From assembly GCF_009914755.1 (NCBI RefSeq), contig NC_060929.1: a stretch of DNA of 64,000 bases. The stretch is one strand, 5' to 3'. Position numbers and translations under genes: made by a program. Below the pieces are notes generated by a model. That model had not been told where the DNA came from and did no database searches. It worked only from the letters and a program-made list of their open reading frames with translations. Positions 56,005 to 64,000 of this stretch are shown one piece after another; the stretch's first letter is position 1, and every line of letters starts with the position of its first letter. The stretch is from the human T2T-CHM13v2.0 reference genome, Homo sapiens.

Positions 56005-58397
56005 TGATATGATTAGATTCTTTGTCCCCACTCAAATCTCATCTCAGATTATAATCCTCACATGTTGAGGGACGGAACTGGTGAGAGGTAACTGGATCAT
56101 GGGGAAGGTTCCCCCATGTTGTTCTCATGATAGTGAGAGAGTTCTCACAAGATCTGATGGTTTTTAAAGTGGCAGGTTTCCCTGAGCTCTCTCTCTCTCT
56201 CCTGCCACCTTGTGAAGAAGGTCCTTGTTTCCCCTTTACCTTTTGCTATAATTATAAGTTTCTTGAGGCTTCCCAAGCCCTGTGGAACTGTGAGTCAATT
56301 AAACCTCTTTTTTAAAATAAATTAACAAGTGTCAGGTAGTATCCATACATTGTGATAACAGACTAATACAGAAACTTGGTACCACAGAGAGTGGGGCACT
56401 GCTATAATGATAACCTGTGGAAGCAACTTTGGAAATCTGTAAACAGGCACAGGTTGGAACAGTTTGGAGGGCTCAGAAGAAGACAGGAAGATGTGGAAAA
56501 GTTTGAAACTTCCCAGAAACCTGGTGAATGGTTGTGACCAATATGCTGATAGTGATAAGGGCAATAAAATTCAGGCTGAGGTGCTCTTAAATGGAGATGA
56601 GAAACTCACTGCGAACTGGAGCAAAAGTCACTCTATGCTTTAACAAAGAGACTGGCAGCATTTTGCCCCTGCTCTAGAGATCTGTGGAACTTTGAACTTC
56701 AGGGAGATGATTTGGGGTATCTGGAAGAAAAAAATTCTAAGCAGCAAAGCATTCAAGAGATGACCTGGTTTTATCTGAAATAGTACAGTTACATGTGTTC
56801 ACAAAGTTAATCTTAAACTGGAACTTATGTGTAAAAGGGGAGCAGAGCATAAATGTTTGGAAAATTTGCAGCTGACCATATGGTAGAAAAGAAAAACTCA
56901 ATTTCCGGGAAGAAATTCAAGCCTGCTGCAGAAATTTGCAAAAGTAACAATTAGCCAAATGTTAGTAGCCCAGACAATGGGGACATTGTCTCCAGGGCAT
57001 GTCAAAGATGTTTGTGGCAGACGTTGCCATCACAGACTTGGGGGCCTAGAAGAAAAAAATGCTTTCATGGGTTGAGCCCAGAGATCCACTATTCTGAGGG
57101 CCAAGGTATAGCTTGGGCTGTTGCTTCAGAGCATGCAAGCCCCAAGCCTGGGTTGCTTCACATAGTGTTGGGCCTGCTGGTGCAAAAAAAAGACAGGAGT
57201 TGAGGTTTGGGAACCTCCACCTAAATTTCAGAGGATGTATGGAAATGCCTGGCTGTCCAATCAGAAGTCAGTTCCAGGGGAGGAGCCCTAATAAATAACC
57301 TCTACTAGGGCAATGCAGTGGGGGAAATGTGGCCACCCTTTGCATCAGCATAACCTGGATGTGAGACATGCAGTCAAAGGAGATCATTTTGGAGCTTTAA
57401 GATTTAATGACTACTCCACTCAATTTTGGACTTGCATGGGCCTGTAGTCCCTTTGTTTTTTTTTTTCGTTTGTTTGTTTATGGTCTTTTTTCTCTTTAGA
57501 CAGAGTCTCGCTGTGTCACCAGGCTGGAGTCCAAATGGTGCAATCTGGGCTCACTGCAACCTCTGCCTCCTGGGTTCAAGCAATTCTCCTGGCTCAGCCA
57601 CCCAAGTAGGTGGGACTACAGACATGTGCCACCATGCCCAGCTAATTTTTGTATTTTTGGTAGAGACAGGGTTTCACCATGTTGGCCAGGATTCTCTTGA
57701 TCTCTTGACCTCGTGATATGCCCACCTCGGCCTCCCACAGTGCAGGGAATACAGGCGTGAGCCACCATGCCCAGCAAGTAGTCCCTTTGTTTAGGCCAAT
57801 TTCTCCCATTTGGAATTGGAATATTTACCCAGTGCCTGTACCCCCAGTGTATCTTCAGGTAACTAACTTGTTGGTTTTACAGTCTTATAGGTGGAAGGGA
57901 CTTACCTTGTCTCAAATGAGACTTTGAACTTGGACTTTTGTGTTAATGCTTGAATGAGTTAAGACTTTGGGGGACTCCTGAGGAGGCATAATAGTGTTTT
58001 GAAATGTGAGAGTGACATGATATTTGAGAGGTGTCTGGGATAGAATAATATGGTTTGGTCCTGTGTTCCCACACAAATCTCATCTACAATTGTAATCTCC
58101 ACGTGTTGAGGGATCCCTCTGGTGGGAAGTGATTGGATCATGGTGGCTGTTCCCCAATGTGTTAGTGAGGGAGTTCCCATGAGATTTAATGGTTTTAATA
58201 GTGGCAGTGTCCCCATACACTCTCTCTCTCCTGCCACCTTTTGAAGAAATCTTGCTTCCTCTTTGTCTTCGGCTACGATTGTAAGTTCCCTGAGGCTTCC
58301 CCAGTCATGCAGAACTGAGACAATTAAATCTCTTTTCTTTATAAATTACCCAGTCTCAGGTAGTATATTTATAGCAGCATGAAAATGGACTAATAAA
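56005..58397 (+). mobile_element. Full-length THE1D-like element (LTR 56005-56370, internal, LTR 58046-58397)
   Basis: Paired LTRs tgatatg...ctaataca and taatatgg...ctaataaa; TSD atacg/atatg. Confidence 0.9.
57459..57776 (-). mobile_element. AluSc-like inserted in THE1-int
   Basis: tgtcaccaggctgg and gatctcttgacctcgtga; TSD gtagtccctttgttt at 57444-57458 and 57778-57792. Confidence 0.93.
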
Positions 58398-61211
58398 ATA
58401 TGTGAGGATTTATTTGAGTAATTTTATTAATTAATTTCTGGTTGTTTTGTATGTCCTTTATCCTTTTCTTTCTCTCCAATTGTTTATCATTGTGATTTGG
58501 CAGCTTCCTGAATGGCAACATTTGAGATCTTTATCTTCCTTATTTGTTTTTTGCTGTACCAGTGGGTTTTATAATTTCATGTGTTTTCATGGTATCAGCC
58601 TTTTACTTCCAGATTTAGGACTCCTTTAAATACTTTTTTAGGTCTGATCTAATGGTGATTAATTCCCTTACATTTTGCATGTTGGAAAAGATTTTGTCTT
58701 TATTTATAAAAGGTAACTGCTACATATCGTATCCTTGGTTGGTGGTTTTTTTTTTTTTCAACACTTTAATATATCATCCCGTCCTCTCCTGGCCTGTAAG
58801 GTTTCTGCTGAGAAATCTGCTGTTAATCTGATTAGGGTATCCTTTTATATAACTAGACAATTTCCTCTTGCTTTTCTTAGAATTCTATCTTTGTTTTTGA
58901 CTTTTTGACAGTTTATAATGTGTTATGGATAAGGCTTTTTTTGAATTTTATCTATTTGAGTATATCTGAGCTTCCTATATCTGGATATCTAAGTCTCATT
59001 GTAGACTTGTAAAATTTTCCTTTATTTTTAATTCCTTTTGTATTATTTTCAACTTTTGGGACATCAGACATTCAAACATTTGGCCACTTTCTGGTGTCCT
59101 ATATCTCAAATATGCTTTATTCTTTCTTATTTCTTTTTTAAATTTATGTCTTACTAGTTTATTTTTAAATACCTGTCTTTTAGTTCTCAATTATTTTGTT
59201 CTGTGTAATCTAGTCTATTGGTGAAGGTTTTGCACGTATTTTGTATTTCATTCAGTGAATTCGTCAGTTGCAGAATTTAAGATCTGTTAATTTTATACCT
59301 GTCTCTTTCATAGTTTATTCATATCCTGGTTTTTTTTCTGATTTATTTGTCTTTTTAAGTGTATTATACAACACACTTTTTCTCAATTAGCTTCTTTAAT
59401 ATCTGTTTTAAGAATTCTAAAAATTATTTTCCTGGGATTTTATAAATTTATTTTCATTGGAATATATCCCTTTAGATTTATTATATTTCTCTTGCTTTTG
59501 CATTTTTCTGCATCTCTACATTGATATCTAACCATCTGGTGTAACATTCACTTCTTGCAGTTTGTTGGATTTGCCTTCATAGGGCAGGAATTTTCCCCAA
59601 AGTTGTATCTACAATGTTGATTGCATAGGTCACTTTGGTTTCGATGCTGCCTCCAAACAGAAGTTTAGTCGCCACGTGATTTCTTTGCTTGTAAACATGT
59701 CCCGTGGTGTCTGTGATTTCCTCAGTAGTTTAGAGTGTGATTATTAGTGGAGGCTTTGGTAAAGTTATGCTGAGAACTATGACACCAGATGAGCCAGTCA
59801 TTGGGCCCTCATGTTGGCAGCAGTGAGATAAATATGGACCACTGGGCAGCAGTCATGGACTGGGCAGGGCAATTCCCAAGCCCTTGGATGGTGTGCTCAT
59901 GGACTGGGGGAGAGCAGAGTTGGGCTGCAGGAATTGTCCTCAGGCCCCCTGGTATTACCTGTAGGCACTAATTGTGGTTGGAAATGGAGGCGTGATCTCT
60001 AGGCCCCCCAGTGAAATGATCAGGTGGGGGTGTCGGTGGTGGTGATGGATGGGGATAGCCTGTCCTCAGGTTATGTGCAATACACTGTGGCTCTGCCACT
60101 AGGGGTATAAGGTTACTGTAAGTGGCAGCAGCTGCAGATAGGTGGTTCTCAAGCTCCACAGAATATGCAATTTGGCCCCCAGCAGTGGTCACAAAGGCAG
60201 CAGCACAGTCTGCACCCTGTAAATCAATCGTTAGGGCATGTGAACGTACATGGCCACCCTAACTCGGAAGGAGGCAGAGTCACTGCCAATGGGTCATGCT
60301 TTGGCTTCTGGTGGCAACAACAGCAGTAGCTCTAGTAGGCACCATTAGTGTCTGTCCTTAAGGTCTGTGACATAGCACTGCTGCTGAGAGAGCAGGGTTG
60401 ATGCCTGTAGATGGCATCCAAGACAGATAGTTCTCAGGCTCCAAGTTGTGTACAGGTGCAACTTTGCCTCTTTTTGTTTTGGGAAAAGCCTCTCTTGTGC
60501 ACTGTACTACCTATTCCCCAGCGTGCTAGACACCGTGTGTGCTAGAGCCCTAAAGACCTTGACACTCCACTGGATCCATCCAGTTTCACATGCTGCAGCC
60601 TGCTCCGGCTGCCACTGTTGCTTCCACCAGGGGCTAAAGTGTGAGCCATTGTCAGTGTCTCCACCCCATTCAACGGCAGGGTGGCGAGGTATTTGCGCAT
60701 GACCTGGGAAGTGGCTTTACTAGGTATAGCACTGTTGTCCTTTTGCCACCATGGCCAAAGGCCAAAGTTCACACACCTTGAAGCTGGAGAAGTGCCTACC
60801 TGCGGCTGCTGCCACTCATAGCAACCCAATACCCCTAGCAGCGGGGCCATAGTACATAGTGGGAAATGTCAGTGGAGGTCTAAGGATGATGATATGCAGG
60901 GGCAGTTGGGCCCTAGGACAGGTTGCAGTTTGGTGGGTCATGGATTCTAAAAATACTGCTGTCCTGCAGCTTTTAAGACTCAGGCTGCATGTGGGACCTA
61001 TCATGAGCTCCCTCTCTGGAGCAGGGCTATTGCACAGTCCCTAGGCAGCTACCTATGCTAGTCTCAGGTCCCGTGAGGGTCAAAGAGTTCTCTCGTGAGT
61101 AGGGCTGCGTGAGTCAGCACTGGGAAAGTGGACCACTGGGGTTGTATCACTTACCCTTTCCCCACACTGGGGAACTTTCCCTGGTTTCCAGCTTGCTCTC
61201 AGTAGAGCAGG

Positions 61212-61385
61212 TGATATGGTTTGGCTGTGTCACCAAAAAAATCTCATCTTGAATTTTCCCCACATGTCATGGGGAGGGAGCCAGTGAGAGATAATCATGG
61301 GTCTTTTCTGTGCTGTTCTCATAATAGTGAATAAGACTCACAGATGTGATGGTTTTATAAAGGGGGGTTTACCTGCACAAATCTT
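61212..61385 (+). mobile_element. THE1A/B LTR 5' half (truncated)
   Basis: tgatatggtttggctgtgtc...gtgctgttctcataatagtgaataag. Confidence 0.85.
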
Positions 61386-61587
61386 AAACAATTTGAGATT
61401 TCTTGATTCCTTACCACTATCCAACTATGACAGATCTTCTCTTTATTTTGCCCTTTTTGACCTTTCCTGCTTGGTTTGCTTCTATTATAGTTCTTCCTAA
61501 AGTGGGAGAGCTTCCTAGTCCATCTACTGCTCCTTCTGTAACCTCTGACACACGTTCTTGAGGCTGCCCACGGCTTATTTCCTTCCA

Positions 61588-61651
61588 GCCATATTTTTAG
61601 GTTTATGAGGACATCTTATGCCATATTTTTAGGTTTATGAGGACATTTTAT
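61588..61651. repeat. 32-bp tandem duplication
   Basis: gccatatttttaggtttatgaggacat(c/t)ttat x2. Confidence 0.95.
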
Positions 61652-61779
61652 CCCAGAATATTGTAGATATTTTTTATGGAATTGTTAGTGTTACCCTAGT
61701 TCTTTGTTATATTTTCATTGGTCATTTCATATCATACAAAACTATGCCAAAGCTGCCATTTTCTCAGAATGCATTATAT

Positions 61780-62040
61780 TATTTATGCATTCAACGTGTA
61801 CTTTTTGAGTGCCCATTAGTTGCCACGTACTAAGAATAGGTCATAGAAAGAACAATCAAATATTTTGTGTTTTTTTGCAACTTATATTTAAGAGAAGAGA
61901 GAAAAAATAAACAAAATACAATAAATATTGTTATTAAAGATTAATAAGTACTTAAAAGAGAAAAAGAGCTGGGATAAAAAGATCATGAGTGAGCAATGAG
62001 ACTTGGCTTGAAATTTTAATAAACATAGTCAAGATTTAGT
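61780..62040 (-). mobile_element. L2a 3' fragment
   Basis: gcattcaacgtgtactttttgagtgccc. Confidence 0.6.
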
Positions 62041-62726
62041 TCATTCTATCTCAGTCTGGGAAATCAATCATCTCTATCTATTTATATAGTAGATAATGGG
62101 CAGAATTCACTTGAAGATATTGTAGGATAGCAATTTGCTTATTCATGTGTTTGTTTTCTCCAGGGATTTGTGTATATATACGAATGGTGTTATTAATTTT
62201 ATGGTTTTATTATATTATTTATTTTTATATATTATTACAGATAATTAGATTGCATAAAGATTAATCTTATGACAATAACTTAAATATTAAGACTTGATTC
62301 TTCTTTTGCCTTCTGCAGAAAAGTACAACTATATTATTTTTGTAATAAAGAGTCACTTTAGTTTACTTTTGTGGAGGGTTTGAATTATGCATGCAAAATA
62401 ATGTTTTAAATTTTAGAACATAATTCATGAAAAGTACATGCTTAATGACCAAAATATGCAACTTGGAAATTCATTATGAGAGAAAATCAGACACAATCAG
62501 AAAACTATAGGTTTTCTTTGCGAACAGTAAATAATTTGTTTCTTTTTTTGTTTTGTTTTTAATTTTATGCTGTTACTCAGGAATAAGATACAAATATACA
62601 ATGAAAATTTTCTGTGCTTTATGTTGAAACATTGCTGATTTTTAATAGTGAAAATGTAGTTTCAGTCAATTAATTACTGAATCTACACATATAAGTGGTA
62701 AATATTCTTTATAAAAGAAACCAATT

Positions 62727-63043
62727 ATCTGGCACAGTGGCTCACACCTATAATCCTAGCACTTTGGGAGGCCAAGGCAGGAGGACTGCTTGAGCCCAGG
62801 AGTTCAAGACCAGCCTGAGCAACATGGCAAAACGTGTCTCTAAAAAACAAACAAACGAAAAAAGCAATTACACAAATTAGGCAGGCATGGTGGCATGCAC
62901 CTGTGATCCCCATTACTCAGGAGGCTGAAGCAGGAGGATCGCTTAAGCCCAGGAGGTTGAGGATACAGTGAGATGTGATCCCACTCCAGCCTGGGTAACA
63001 GAGTGAGAACCTGTCTCAAAAATAAATAAATAAATAAATAAAA
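62727..63043 (+). mobile_element. AluJ
   Basis: ggaggactgcttgagcccaggagttc; (TAAA)n tail. Confidence 0.93.
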
Positions 63044-63199
63044 TGAAAATAAACAGTAAATATTTAAAAATCATATATTAATGAGATTAAACACATTACA
63101 ATGATTATGCAAATGTTGATAATTGTTAAACAGAAAAATCACCAACTTTTATTCCTATGAACATAATTTCTCTTTTATGAAAAAGTCTGAAAACACCAG

Positions 63200-63610
63200 T
63201 TACCCACTTTCCAGCTTTGCTTGAACAATTCTAGTCAATGAGACACAAAAACAGAACTCTTGACATCAACTTCTGGAGAATATTTTTCTCTTTGATAAAT
63301 AGAGAGATGTGAGGCGAATTCATGCACAGTCTGACACTTCCCTCAGTTGACCAAAGACGTAATGTGTGGGGAATGTACAGGAACCATGTGTCAAGGTTGA
63401 AACCACCATGAGGAAGAAAACAAATAATCTCCAGAGGGCAAAGTGTAGAGACGGAAAGTGGTCCGAGATGGTACCACAGAGTCACGTATTGGAGCCCTGA
63501 AACAGCCTACTTCAAACTTCTCATTACCTGAATCAAAAAGTATCTTTATTCCATAAACCATTGATAGTAAGATATTCAGTTTTTGTACCAAAAATATCTT
63601 AACTAATACA
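63200..63610 (+). mobile_element. MLT1J-like LTR
   Basis: aattctagtcaatgagac ... cttaactaataca terminus. Confidence 0.6.
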
Positions 63611-64000
63611 GAAAAATCATTAGTTTTAAAATATGCATTTTTCAATTCTAAAACTTACGATTGAACTATTCCACAATATAGAATAAGATAAGCAACAAAT
63701 GATATGTCGATATATTATAATTAAATGTCTCTTTGACCATTACTTTATCTAGACATAGGAGAATAATTTAGTTCTATGAAATTATTTAGTAAATATGAAA
63801 TATGTCATGAAATACTTTCAAGAGCGCAGACATATTTTTATGCAAAATTTTCATTTTTAATTTTACCCCTATTTCAGAAGAATTTGACTTCCAAGTCAAC
63901 TTCAAAGAATTAAATTTATGTAAAGAAGGGAAAACAAGTCACTTTGGTTCGTGTAATGCTTCTAAGTATATTTTATTATGGACAATATTCATTAAATATT

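Noticed and set aside
62140-62330. Acceptor-like sites (ttttctccag, ccttctgcag)
   Set aside because: No convincing paired donor or coding frame; such motifs are common in T-rich DNA.

Overview
Primate (hominoid, human-like) genomic DNA: AT-rich and dominated by interspersed repeats, consistent with an intergenic region or deep intron. I find no host protein-coding gene, RNA gene or CRISPR array. The longer ORFs trace to L1, Alu, LTR or low-complexity sequence. Contents: L1 copies of many ages (L1PA2, L1PA5-like, L1PA10-like, L1PB, L1MA, L1MC/ME), about 14 Alus, two full-length THE1D elements, solo THE1/MLT/ERV1 LTRs, a MER47A DNA transposon, L2/MIR relics and microsatellites. Subfamily names come from remembered consensus sequences and need RepeatMasker/Dfam confirmation. 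Best observations: (1) an L1PA10-like element with both ends present that appears to carry a ~400-bp 3' transduction inside its TSD (49734-55913); (2) a CpG-rich LTR12C solo LTR with a 13-bp x4 expansion, nested head-on in a MER52 LTR, which could drive a spliced + strand lncRNA; (3) an L1PA2 twin-priming insertion with only a 34-bp inverted piece from the RT domain; (4) a ~34-45 bp templated insertion copied from 1.9 kb away; (5) two adjacent perfect 22-bp palindromes. I see no evidence for a wholly new biological system; these are locus-specific examples of known mechanisms, or testable hypotheses.
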